Both the position numbers and the translations under genes were made by a program. Source: Candidatus Heimdallarchaeota archaeon (lineage in GTDB: Archaea; Asgardarchaeota; Heimdallarchaeia; Heimdallarchaeales; DAOWED01). From it: DNA of 17,688 bases. Below, in pieces: positions 1 through 6,926 of the stretch (the stretch's first letter is position 1; each line of letters starts with the position of its first letter). Below the pieces are notes generated by a model. It made no database searches. It was not told where the DNA came from and saw only the letters and a program-made list of their open reading frames with translations. The DNA lies in the NCBI GenBank assembly GCA_030638685.1, contig DAOWED010000075.1:1-17688 (forward strand). Direction: 5' to 3'.

Positions 1-29
1 AGAAAAAGAAAAAAGGTTTAATTAAAAAG

Positions 30-710
30 TTGGTTTCAAAATTCAAGAAAGATTCAACACCAGATGACATGAAATTAGTAAAAGGAACAATTGGAGACTT
101 AGGAGAAGTAGTTGTCGTGATGTCAGATATTCTTGAAAGCTTCGATGTTGAGTATGAGAATGAAGTTGAAAATAAAAGAAATGCTGTCGATAAAGTATGG
201 GTAAAACTACCTAAGTTTATGCAAAGCAGACATCTTAAAGAACAAACAAGAGAAAGGGAAAGAATTAGTAAAGGGAAGAAACAATTAACCACCGTTAAAT
301 CATCATTAAGTAATATGATGACGGTGATTGAGCAATCACCAGATAATTTTGAAAAAGTAGCAGAAACATATGTTGAAGTTGTTTCACCTGCAGGAATAAC
401 TGATGAGAAGGCAGAGGAAATCGAAGAAAAGATAAATGCAATGCAGCTTGAATTTGTTCAATATATGGAAGAAATGCAGAAACAGTTACTTCTACTAAGA
501 ACAACAATGGATCATATGGCTCAAGATTTAGGAGAACATGGAGTTAAAATAGATCATATTACTGAAAAAGTAGAAGAAGTATCAACTAAGCTAGATTCTG
601 TCCAAGAAAAACTTAAGGAGATAAGTAGAAAACTTACAAAAAACAGACTTTTGATGTTTGCATTAGCAACAGGAGTAACTATAGTACTACTCAAAGCAAT
701 ACTGCCATAA
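30..710 (+). CDS. Tail-anchored coiled-coil protein with a SNARE-like (syntaxin/Qa-like) motif. It may be 5'-incomplete.
   Basis: 226-codon ORF. The C-terminal 20 aa (LLMFALATGVTIVLLKAILP, nt 648-707) form a single TM helix ending at the stop, preceded by the basic linker RKLTKNR. Upstream (nt 465-623) a 53-aa heptad stretch has hydrophobic residues at all expected 3-4 spaced positions around H170. The segment DLGEHGVKIDHITEKVE resembles syntaxin-1A LVESQGEMIDRIEYNVE as I recall it. The tracked start is TTG at 30 with no convincing SD. The frame stays open to nt 3, so the true start may lie upstream of the window. An alternative ATG is at 69. Confidence 0.6.
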   Translation: MVSKFKKDSTPDDMKLVKGTIGDLGEVVVVMSDILESFDVEYENEVENKRNAVDKVWVKLPKFMQSRHLKEQTRERERISKGKKQLTTVKSSLSNMMTVIEQSPDNFEKVAETYVEVVSPAGITDEKAEEIEEKINAMQLEFVQYMEEMQKQLLLLRTTMDHMAQDLGEHGVKIDHITEKVEEVSTKLDSVQEKLKEISRKLTKNRLLMFALATGVTIVLLKAILP

Positions 711-738
711 ACAAATCACAAACAGAAACTGATGTACA

Positions 739-2118
739 TTATTCAAAATCAACATGTTCTTTGTTGGCATGAGAAAAATCAATCGAGAGAAAATCAGACC
801 ATTGAGGAGTAGAATAAGTTTTTTTCTGTTTAGCCAGATCATATCTTGAGAAAGGCATTGTAAGATGTCTATGTGCTCCAATGGGAGGTAAATATCTTCC
901 TTTTTCAAGCGATCTAGATTCAAAAACGGGAACTTTGGTTGCAGAGGGATCTTTAATTTTACACTTTTTACACTTGTAACCGGCATTAACACCATCACTT
1001 TCCATTCTTTTATTACAGGAGGGACAAGGTGGATTAACCAATCGAGAAAAGGGTGCAACTTCAATAACATCTAATCGTTCAATATTAAAAGTGGGTAATT
1101 CACTAGGGGAAACACCTCTAATACTTCCACCTACAATTAATCGGTCATCAGGTCGAAGTTCTTTGACGGTAGATCGAAATGATTTAGAAGGTTCATAAGC
1201 CAATGCATGAAATTGAGAACCATCACTTGATCGTTCTAAAGTAAGAATAGTGTGACCTCCAGCAATAATATCGGGTTCATTAACAACTTTTGCTTCAATT
1301 AAACTCACTTCGTAAGGCTCAAGTGAGGGGAAAGCATTCACTAAATGTTCATCGGTTCCTTGATTAGTTCTAAAAACACACCAACCTTCAATTTTTTCCA
1401 GTTGTTTAATCACAGAATTGGCTGAAATAAGGAGATTAGCAGACTCTCCTCTGATTCCGTAAAGAACAGGATCGGGTCCATTTGGTACGGAAGCAATTCG
1501 ACCAGTATCAGAATCATATGAAGAAAAGGTTTGAAAAGAAGAATCATCGAGTCTAATAAAAGATTCACGGTCAATTCTTCGCTTAGTACCTCTATTATTA
1601 GCGATCCGGTACGCCAATAATTCATAAGTAAAGTCATTTTTTAGCTCATTGCCAATAGCTGCTAATGAGCCGATAAGACCTTGACCGGTTCCCTTGAAAG
1701 AATAGTAAACAGAGGGGTGATCAAGAAGAGAAATAGTTTCATCAATCGTTAAAACCTTAATTAACGCCCGTTGAGCAAAAGAAGATAACTCAGAGCCTAA
1801 TTCACCAACCAAAAGAATAAAACCGGGGTTAGTCATTTCATGATCAGCAGTGCGATTGAAAAGCCAAGTACTGAGTTCGTTATGAATTTTTTCAAAATTA
1901 AGAGAGGAGGGGACCAAAAAAGTTAGAGCCACACTTCCATTACCTCGCGTCTTAAAAGGAACATTAGGGTTGTTTCGGATCAAGCGGGGGAAATCGAGGG
2001 GCTTCCAGCCCTTTTCTTTGAGAATAGAGAGAAGTGAAAAAGCAAGATGAGTTGTACAGTTACCAAGAGGACTATCAGTGTCATCAAAACCAAGAGTAAC
2101 TTTCACAAACTGAGACAA
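739..2118 (-). CDS. tiaS: tRNA(Ile2) 2-agmatinylcytidine synthetase TiaS
   Basis: The N-terminus VTLGFDDTDSPLGNCTTHL...FPRLIRNNPNVPFKTRGNGSVA matches the TiaS signature (IGIDDTDS..GMCTTYL, FPRLIRLNP.IPYKTRGNG). GLIGSLAAIG and PVLYGIRGES are conserved. The C-terminal zinc ribbon CPSCNKRMESDGVNAGYKCKKCK matches the A. fulgidus TiaS CPSCGRRMESAG..FRCKKC. TTG start with GGTGG 7 nt upstream. Confidence 0.9.
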   Translation of the reverse strand: MSQFVKVTLGFDDTDSPLGNCTTHLAFSLLSILKEKGWKPLDFPRLIRNNPNVPFKTRGNGSVALTFLVPSSLNFEKIHNELSTWLFNRTADHEMTNPGFILLVGELGSELSSFAQRALIKVLTIDETISLLDHPSVYYSFKGTGQGLIGSLAAIGNELKNDFTYELLAYRIANNRGTKRRIDRESFIRLDDSSFQTFSSYDSDTGRIASVPNGPDPVLYGIRGESANLLISANSVIKQLEKIEGWCVFRTNQGTDEHLVNAFPSLEPYEVSLIEAKVVNEPDIIAGGHTILTLERSSDGSQFHALAYEPSKSFRSTVKELRPDDRLIVGGSIRGVSPSELPTFNIERLDVIEVAPFSRLVNPPCPSCNKRMESDGVNAGYKCKKCKIKDPSATKVPVFESRSLEKGRYLPPIGAHRHLTMPFSRYDLAKQKKTYSTPQWSDFLSIDFSHANKEHVDFE

Positions 2119-2230
2119 AGTACAACCACCATTACTTAGTAAAATATAGAACTGTTATATTAAAAAAAACTGGCTTTGTCTACTTTTGGAAGCAGAAAAG
2201 CTAGATACTGCGAGAAAAAAGGGACTAAAT

Positions 2231-2389
2231 CTATTCCTGTTCTTCCCCTTCAATCCACTCATGAGTGCAAGCACGACAAATGTACTTTTTACGATAAATA
2301 GGTTTGTGGTTGAAATAGCCAACCGGTTTACTCTTATCCTCTACAGTCTTAACATTTGTTTTACCACAATTTCTGCAAGTTATAGCCAA
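2231..2389 (-). CDS. Small (52 aa) C4 zinc-ribbon protein, function unknown. It is not in the supplied ORF track.
   Basis: My own translation of the minus strand gives M(TTG)AITCRNCGKTNVKTVEDKSKPVGYFNHKPIYRKKYICRACTHEWIEGEEQE*. It has two CxxC pairs (C5/C8, C38/C41). A GGTGAT SD (rc of 2395-2400) sits 5 nt upstream of TTG at 2389, and an in-frame stop lies just upstream at 2396-2398. The overlapping plus-strand ORF 2186-2434 has an implausible composition. Confidence 0.6.
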   Translation of the reverse strand: MAITCRNCGKTNVKTVEDKSKPVGYFNHKPIYRKKYICRACTHEWIEGEEQE

Positions 2390-2422
2390 TTTATATCACC
2401 TTTTTATTATCTTAGTATCGAA

Positions 2423-2436
2423 AGCTATCGATAGCT
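2423..2436. promoter_or_regulatory. Perfect 14-bp palindrome AGCTATCGATAGCT upstream of the small zinc-ribbon gene, a candidate operator
   Basis: The sequence is self-complementary. It starts 34 nt upstream of the TTG start (2389), just distal to an A/T-rich TATA-like stretch (aagataataaaaaa on the minus strand). Confidence 0.25.
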
Positions 2437-2550
2437 ATATCACAGAAAGTTAGATAATAAGCCTTTTGCTAAAACATAATCAAAACTATTCCATTATTCT
2501 TTTTTTTATACTTAGTTTTTTTCTTTGCTTTACTAGTTTATTCACTAATA

Positions 2551-3171
2551 TTACTCATTAATTTCATTCCCACAATTATAACAAAATTTTTGCTCACTGG
2601 CCATCTGCTCTATTCCACAATTTGGACACGTATCAGTTGCTTCTAGCTTTTTTTCTTTCGGTGGAGCTATTGTTTCTTTTACGGTTTGAGCTCTTTTAAA
2701 TGGAGATCTGCACGAATAACAAAATTTAGCTATTTCCGGATTCATGGCCTTACACTCTAGGCACTGTTTTGTCGCTCTTGATATGTGTTGCACTGGAACT
2801 GGACTTGTTGTTTTTTCTTGCTCGCGTCCTCTATAAGCGCCACTTTTGTCTTCGGGGATCTCTTTCCCTAACAGCTTCATAAACCAATCATAGCCTGATG
2901 GCCACAATCGATATGAATAATAAAGGGAAACAACTACAAAAACAACTTGCAAAAGATAACCAAAAATTAACACGCTTGGATCTCCTCCTGAGTTTTCAGC
3001 TTGGATTCTCCATGGAAGCAAAACTACTACGAAATAACTGAAGAGTGAATAAACTGCAAAAATGAAAAGAACAATTCCGGTTGTTTTGCGCTCAAAGATT
3101 GAAGATCCACAATTAATACAACGGTAACTGTTGGGAGTATTAGTTGTTCTACAGTTGCGACATTTTTTCAT
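2551..3171 (-). CDS. Membrane protein with three zinc-ribbon (double-zinc-ribbon-type) modules and two TM helices
   Basis: The three modules are CRNCRTTNTPNSYRCINCG (N-terminal), CLECKAMNPEIAKFCYSCRS and CPNCGIEQMASEQKFCYNCGN (C-terminal). Two hydrophobic helices (GIVLFIFAVYSLFSYFVVVLLPW, VLIFGYLLQVVFVVVSLYYSY) lie between them, which places all zinc ribbons on the same, presumably cytoplasmic, side. Confidence 0.7.
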   Translation of the reverse strand: MKKCRNCRTTNTPNSYRCINCGSSIFERKTTGIVLFIFAVYSLFSYFVVVLLPWRIQAENSGGDPSVLIFGYLLQVVFVVVSLYYSYRLWPSGYDWFMKLLGKEIPEDKSGAYRGREQEKTTSPVPVQHISRATKQCLECKAMNPEIAKFCYSCRSPFKRAQTVKETIAPPKEKKLEATDTCPNCGIEQMASEQKFCYNCGNEINE

Positions 3172-3212
3172 TAAGCTAATGATTACTTGAGCATTTAAAA
3201 CAAATACGATTT

Positions 3213-3235
3213 AAAAGAAAGGAGGGGGGGAAAAA
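3213..3235 (-). terminator. Pyrimidine-rich tract (T5 C7 TCC TTTC TTTT on the minus strand) just after sdhB, a possible archaeal oligo-T terminator
   Basis: The minus strand reads tttttccccccctcctttctttt beginning 8 nt after the sdhB TAG (3244-3246). Archaeal termination commonly uses T-runs. The downstream gene has its own TATA-like ttttaaat ~25 nt before its ATG. Confidence 0.3.
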
Positions 3236-3243
3236 CGTTGATT

Positions 3244-3969
3244 CTACTTACCAAACAATCTTGAAAAGCGTTTCTTGACTGCTTGACGCTTCAGATAAGC
3301 AATTGCTTCTGTAGGATTAAGTTCTTTTGGACAAGCTTCACCGCAATTAAACGCCGTGTGACATCGCCATACACCATGATTACCATTGATTAACCCTATT
3401 CTTTCATCGGTCATTGCATCACGGCTATCTCTTACAAACCTAAAAGCCTTCAGAAGAGCTGCTGGTCCGAGATATTCTGGATCAGTCCATACTGTTACAC
3501 ACGAAGAGTAACATGAACCACACAAGATACAATCAATTGAGTTGCCCATTAGTTCTTTTTCCTCAGAAGACTGGATCACTTCTTTTTCCAGCGATTTCTT
3601 CAGGATTACAAAAGGATTCACTGCTCTGATCTTTGAAAAGAATGGCTCCATGTCTATTACTAGGTCTTTTATTATTGGATAGAAAGGTAGAGGTTCTATT
3701 TTTATTGTACCAGTGTAGAAGGATATCTGTTCTTGACAAGCTAGTACATATTTCCCATTAACGTATGCTGCATCAGATCCACATATACCGGCTCTGCATG
3801 CAAATCTAAAGGCTAAACTTCCATCCAAGTTTTCCATGATGTCGAATAATCCTTCAAGAAGAGTTTTACCCTTTTTACGATCCACTTTAAAGTCTTCCCA
3901 GTAGGAACCTTGTTCAGCGTTTTCGGGGTCAAATCTTTTAATTCTAAAAATTACTTGTTCACTCATCAT
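3244..3969 (-). CDS. sdhB: Succinate dehydrogenase / fumarate reductase iron-sulfur subunit
   Basis: Three cluster motifs are present: CRAGICGSDA...C (2Fe-2S), CILCGSCYSSC (4Fe-4S) and CHTAFNCGEACPK (3Fe-4S type). I prefer the ATG at 3969 (MMSEQ...) with GGAGTGAT directly upstream and 8 nt after the sdhA TAG. The tracked start at 4005 would overlap sdhA by 28 nt. Confidence 0.9.
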   Translation of the reverse strand: MMSEQVIFRIKRFDPENAEQGSYWEDFKVDRKKGKTLLEGLFDIMENLDGSLAFRFACRAGICGSDAAYVNGKYVLACQEQISFYTGTIKIEPLPFYPIIKDLVIDMEPFFSKIRAVNPFVILKKSLEKEVIQSSEEKELMGNSIDCILCGSCYSSCVTVWTDPEYLGPAALLKAFRFVRDSRDAMTDERIGLINGNHGVWRCHTAFNCGEACPKELNPTEAIAYLKRQAVKKRFSRLFGK

Positions 3970-3977
3970 TATCACTC

Positions 3978-5699
3978 CTAGTATTTTCTCTCCTCTGGTT
4001 CCCAAATTGAGAGGTCCACCTTTGAATATGATATTTTGCAGGTATCATTCTTGACATCGTAATGAGCCATGGTATGTTTCATGAACTTTTTGTCATTTCT
4101 TTTCATGAAGTCAGTTCTGCAATGTGAGCCTCTAAATTCTTCACGTTTGAGTGCTCCTTCAACGATGACTTCTGCTAAATGTAGTTGTCCACCAAGCATA
4201 TACAATCTGGCTAATTCCCAGTTATAGATTCTACCAGTATACTTGACCTTAATTTTCTTGTAGCGTTCCTTAAGGTCCTTAATAGTTTCTTGTGCTTTTG
4301 TTATGCCTTCCTTATTACGGAAAACACCTAGGTTCTTACTCAATACTTTTTGCATTTCAGCCATGAGTTTAAAGCCATCTTCTGACCCTTCACCATTGAA
4401 GAGATTTTGAATATTTGCTTCAACTTCATCTGCTTCTTTTTGGAGTACTTCTAATGCGTCATCATCCACTTTATTTGCTTCTACAAACTCAGAAGTTGAA
4501 ACACCTGAGATTTTACCAAAAACACAGCATTCGAGTAAACTGTTTCCTCCTAGACGATTAGCTCCATGAACAGAAATACAACTGCATTCACCTGCGGCAT
4601 ACAACCCCGTCATTTCAGATTCAGTCTTATCATTAACTGAAATTCCACCCATTGTATAGTGAGTAGAGGGTCTAATAGGTGCGGGTTCCTCTATCAAATC
4701 TGTTCCAGCAAAACGAATTGCAAGTTCTCTAACTTGAGGTAAGCGGCTTAGAATTTGTTCAGCAGGAAGATGAGTTAAGTCCAGTTCAACATAATCACCA
4801 TCGGGTCCACATCCTCTTCCTTCATTTATTTCAGTCTGGATTGATCGTGCAACAATATCTCGAGGAGCTAGTTCCATTTTATCAGCGGCATAATTTTTCA
4901 TGAAACGCTCTCCATCCTTGTTTCTTAGATAGCCACCTTCTCCTCTTGCTGCTTCTGAAAGAAGAACAGCATTTGTTGCCAAACCAGTTGGATGAAATTG
5001 TACAAATTCCATATCTTTCAGAGGTACACCTTTGAAGTAGGGCAATACAAAACCAAATCCACTATTATGCCAAGAATTAGTAGTGTCCTTGAACACTCTT
5101 CCGGCTCCTCCAACTGCAAAAATAACTGCAGATGCTTGGAAAATTTCTAACTTTCCAGTAATGAGATTTATTGCTACTACTCCTTTGATTTTATTCTCTT
5201 TTTCACCAATTGAAAGAACTATTCGGTCTTCATACATAGGAACTTCGTGGTATAAACATTGTTCATACAACCCCATCATTATTACAGCACCTGTTTTATC
5301 GGTTGAATAACAAGTTCGAGGATATCCTGCTCCACCAAAAGGTCTTTGAGCTATTTTTCCATCCTCTGTTCTTGAAAAGGGTATTCCCAGTTTATCAAGC
5401 TCAAGTATCCTTGGGATAGCTTGTTCTGTCATTGCCAGAACAGCTTTTTGATCAGCAAGATAATCAGATCCTTTTGTAGTATCAAATCCGTGTCTTTCAG
5501 CAGAATCATCTTCTGCTACATTAGCTAAAGCAGCATTGATTCCGCCTTGTGCAGCAGAACTATGAGAACGATATGCTTGAGTAATTGAAACGGTTGCTAC
5601 ATCTTTTCCTCTTTGAGCCGCTTCTACTGCGGCGGAAAGACCAGCCAGACCTGTTCCAACTATCAAAATATCATGTTTAAAGATTTCAACATCAGCCAT
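3978..5699 (-). CDS. sdhA: Succinate dehydrogenase / fumarate reductase flavoprotein subunit
   Basis: DILIVGTGLAGLSAA is the FAD dinucleotide-binding motif. RSHSSAAQGGINAA carries the His used for covalent FAD in SdhA/FrdA. HPTG, RLGGNSL and EFRGSHCRTDF are conserved family blocks. At 573 aa the length is typical. Confidence 0.95.
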   Translation of the reverse strand: MADVEIFKHDILIVGTGLAGLSAAVEAAQRGKDVATVSITQAYRSHSSAAQGGINAALANVAEDDSAERHGFDTTKGSDYLADQKAVLAMTEQAIPRILELDKLGIPFSRTEDGKIAQRPFGGAGYPRTCYSTDKTGAVIMMGLYEQCLYHEVPMYEDRIVLSIGEKENKIKGVVAINLITGKLEIFQASAVIFAVGGAGRVFKDTTNSWHNSGFGFVLPYFKGVPLKDMEFVQFHPTGLATNAVLLSEAARGEGGYLRNKDGERFMKNYAADKMELAPRDIVARSIQTEINEGRGCGPDGDYVELDLTHLPAEQILSRLPQVRELAIRFAGTDLIEEPAPIRPSTHYTMGGISVNDKTESEMTGLYAAGECSCISVHGANRLGGNSLLECCVFGKISGVSTSEFVEANKVDDDALEVLQKEADEVEANIQNLFNGEGSEDGFKLMAEMQKVLSKNLGVFRNKEGITKAQETIKDLKERYKKIKVKYTGRIYNWELARLYMLGGQLHLAEVIVEGALKREEFRGSHCRTDFMKRNDKKFMKHTMAHYDVKNDTCKISYSKVDLSIWEPEERKY

Positions 5700-5940
5700 T
5701 TACCATCATCTATAAAATGTATTAATTATTCCGTTTAGTGCCATCAATTATGTTTTTTAAACTCTACGCTAGTAATCAAATGTTTGAATTTTGCATTTAT
5801 TAATAATTTAATGGCAAATTGGTGAATTATATAACTAGCATTGTTCAAAATGTCCTTTTAATAAAAAAATTACTCTTTGCAATAATATTATAAAACGAGT
5901 AAATGTAGTATATTTAAGAATAGAATTTTGGTGAGAAAAA

Positions 5941-6384
5941 ATAACTAATACATGGAAAATAACCTTTGAAGCAACAAGTCCAGTACCTGATGATGATTTA
6001 ATCTTAGAGTTCGTTGATGCTAGCGATCTTATAGGAGAACCAGTATTAAATGAGACTTTTATAGATCACATTGTTCAAAACGCAAAAATACATGATTCTT
6101 ATTCCATTTTTAGAAATGTAAAAGCTATTAAATCTGATACTGGAGAAGATCTAACTGGTCGAGCAATATGGGCCCTTCTTGGTATAACTAGTGAATCTGA
6201 AGAAAAAATAGGCTTTTTACTTGGAAGTTTACAAAAAGGTGGATATCATGTCATCGGTTTTTGGCCCAAAGAGTTTGCTGCCAAAATTGATAATGATGAA
6301 ACTATTTGGAGAGATAAAATTCAACAGTTTGGTGCCGACCCAAGTTTTTGGCGTCAAGTCGATCTCATAATCGGTTATGAGTAG
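5941..6384 (+). CDS. Hypothetical soluble protein (~147 aa) in an open frame lacking any canonical start codon. Possible ATA start or frameshifted gene.
   Basis: My own translation of frame 1 runs from the TGA at 5932-5934 to the TAG at 6382-6384: ITNTWKITFEATSPVPDDDLILEFVDASDLIGEPVLNETFIDHIVQNAKIHDSYSIFRNVKAIKSDTGEDLTGRAIWALLGITSESEEKIGFLLGSLQKGGYHVIGFWPKEFAAKIDNDETIWRDKIQQFGADPSFWRQVDLIIGYE*. It has no in-frame ATG, GTG or TTG. GGTGA at 5930-5934 lies 6 nt before ATA at 5941. The composition looks protein-like, and a stop-free run this long is unlikely by chance in AT-rich DNA. A hairpin plus T-run follows the stop. Confidence 0.5.
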   Translation: MTNTWKITFEATSPVPDDDLILEFVDASDLIGEPVLNETFIDHIVQNAKIHDSYSIFRNVKAIKSDTGEDLTGRAIWALLGITSESEEKIGFLLGSLQKGGYHVIGFWPKEFAAKIDNDETIWRDKIQQFGADPSFWRQVDLIIGYE

Positions 6385-6390
6385 GAAGTT

Positions 6391-6412
6391 GAAGGCGCCT
6401 CCAGCCTTTTTT
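6391..6412. terminator. Short hairpin plus T-run between convergent genes, a possible bidirectional terminator
   Basis: gAAGGC-gcctcca-GCCTTttttt: the 5-bp stem pairs 6392-6396 with 6404-6408 and is followed by T6 (6407-6412). An A-run follows at 6415-6420, which reads as a T-run on the minus strand just after the NYN gene stop at 6423-6425. Confidence 0.35.
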
Positions 6413-6422
6413 ACAAAAAAGA

Positions 6423-6926
6423 TCAATCTATATTTAATTCAAACACGTGATCAGCTAAACCTTTGATAGCAACTGAAAAACCGGGATCAAAACCGGCTAC
6501 AGCAACCTCTTTCCCTTTTTCCTTAAGTTTCATTATAATTGGTGAAATACGTGCATCTCTAGAACAGATTAAGGTTAAATCGGTTGTTCCTTTATGATAT
6601 TGCTCCAAAGCATGAATCCCCATAGTTAGAGAAAGATCCCCGTGTGAAACAATTGGAGTATAACCAGAGTTAACTACTGCATCCATTAAACCATTGGAAG
6701 CTTTCTGATCAAGGAAGACTTTCTTTTCAACGATGGCACCTAAGAAGTTGGCAACCTCATTAATATCCTCAAGTTTAACTCGATGTCCTTTTACTGTGCG
6801 TAATATATTAGGTCCATCTACAAAGATAACTATTTTTTTTTCTCTTTTAAATAGAGATTTTAGAGTAGTCCACCTGCTAGATAACGTAGGTGATTGATCG
6901 TCTTTTTCTAAATTCATTTTAATCAC
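6423..6926 (-). CDS. NYN / LabA-like (PIN-related nuclease fold) domain protein
   Basis: KIVIFVDGPNIL (the N-terminal Asp motif of NYN domains), SHGDLSL, and LTLICSRDARISPIIMKLKEKGKEVAVAGF...LADHVFEL match the NYN pattern (vLvSgDsDf.pl...lr..Gk.V.v.g...l...ad.f..l). The second Asp of the SgDsD block is Arg here. The tracked GTG start at 6926 overlaps the upstream gene by 8 nt. An alternative ATG at 6917 (MNLEK...) is preceded by AGTGAT and overlaps that gene's stop codon (TAAAATG). Confidence 0.7.
   Translation of the reverse strand: MIKMNLEKDDQSPTLSSRWTTLKSLFKREKKIVIFVDGPNILRTVKGHRVKLEDINEVANFLGAIVEKKVFLDQKASNGLMDAVVNSGYTPIVSHGDLSLTMGIHALEQYHKGTTDLTLICSRDARISPIIMKLKEKGKEVAVAGFDPGFSVAIKGLADHVFELNID

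Noticed and set aside
295-507. 70-aa minus-strand ORF inside the SNARE-like gene
   Set aside because: It lies entirely antisense to a better-supported longer ORF. Its Leu/Phe-rich composition is typical of antisense frames in AT-rich DNA.
687-1070. 127-aa minus-strand ORF overlapping the tiaS 3' region
   Set aside because: It is an alternative frame of the strongly supported tiaS gene, and it also overlaps the end of the convergent 30-710 gene. No recognisable motifs.
1410-1637. 75-aa minus-strand ORF within tiaS
   Set aside because: It is an out-of-frame shadow of tiaS.
2186-2434. 82-aa plus-strand ORF
   Set aside because: It has an implausible Phe/Leu/Ser-rich sequence with a TTG start. 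The opposite strand encodes a well-formed C4 zinc-ribbon protein with a strong SD, which explains the open frame.
3218-3240. AAAGGAGGGGGGG as a strong plus-strand SD
   Set aside because: The only downstream start (TTG at 3238) opens an 8-codon frame. The tract is better explained as the complement of a pyrimidine-rich terminator after sdhB.
5083-5310. 75-aa plus-strand ORF antisense to sdhA
   Set aside because: It is a shadow ORF inside a highly conserved gene.
5838-6080. 12-nt repeat cattgttcaaaa at 5838-5849 and 6069-6080
   Set aside because: Exact 12-mers are expected to recur by chance in ~18 kb of AT-rich sequence. There is no extended similarity around either copy.
6229-6426. 65-aa minus-strand ORF
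   Set aside because: It is antisense to the much longer start-less open frame 5941-6384, with an Ile/Phe/Lys-rich low-information sequence.
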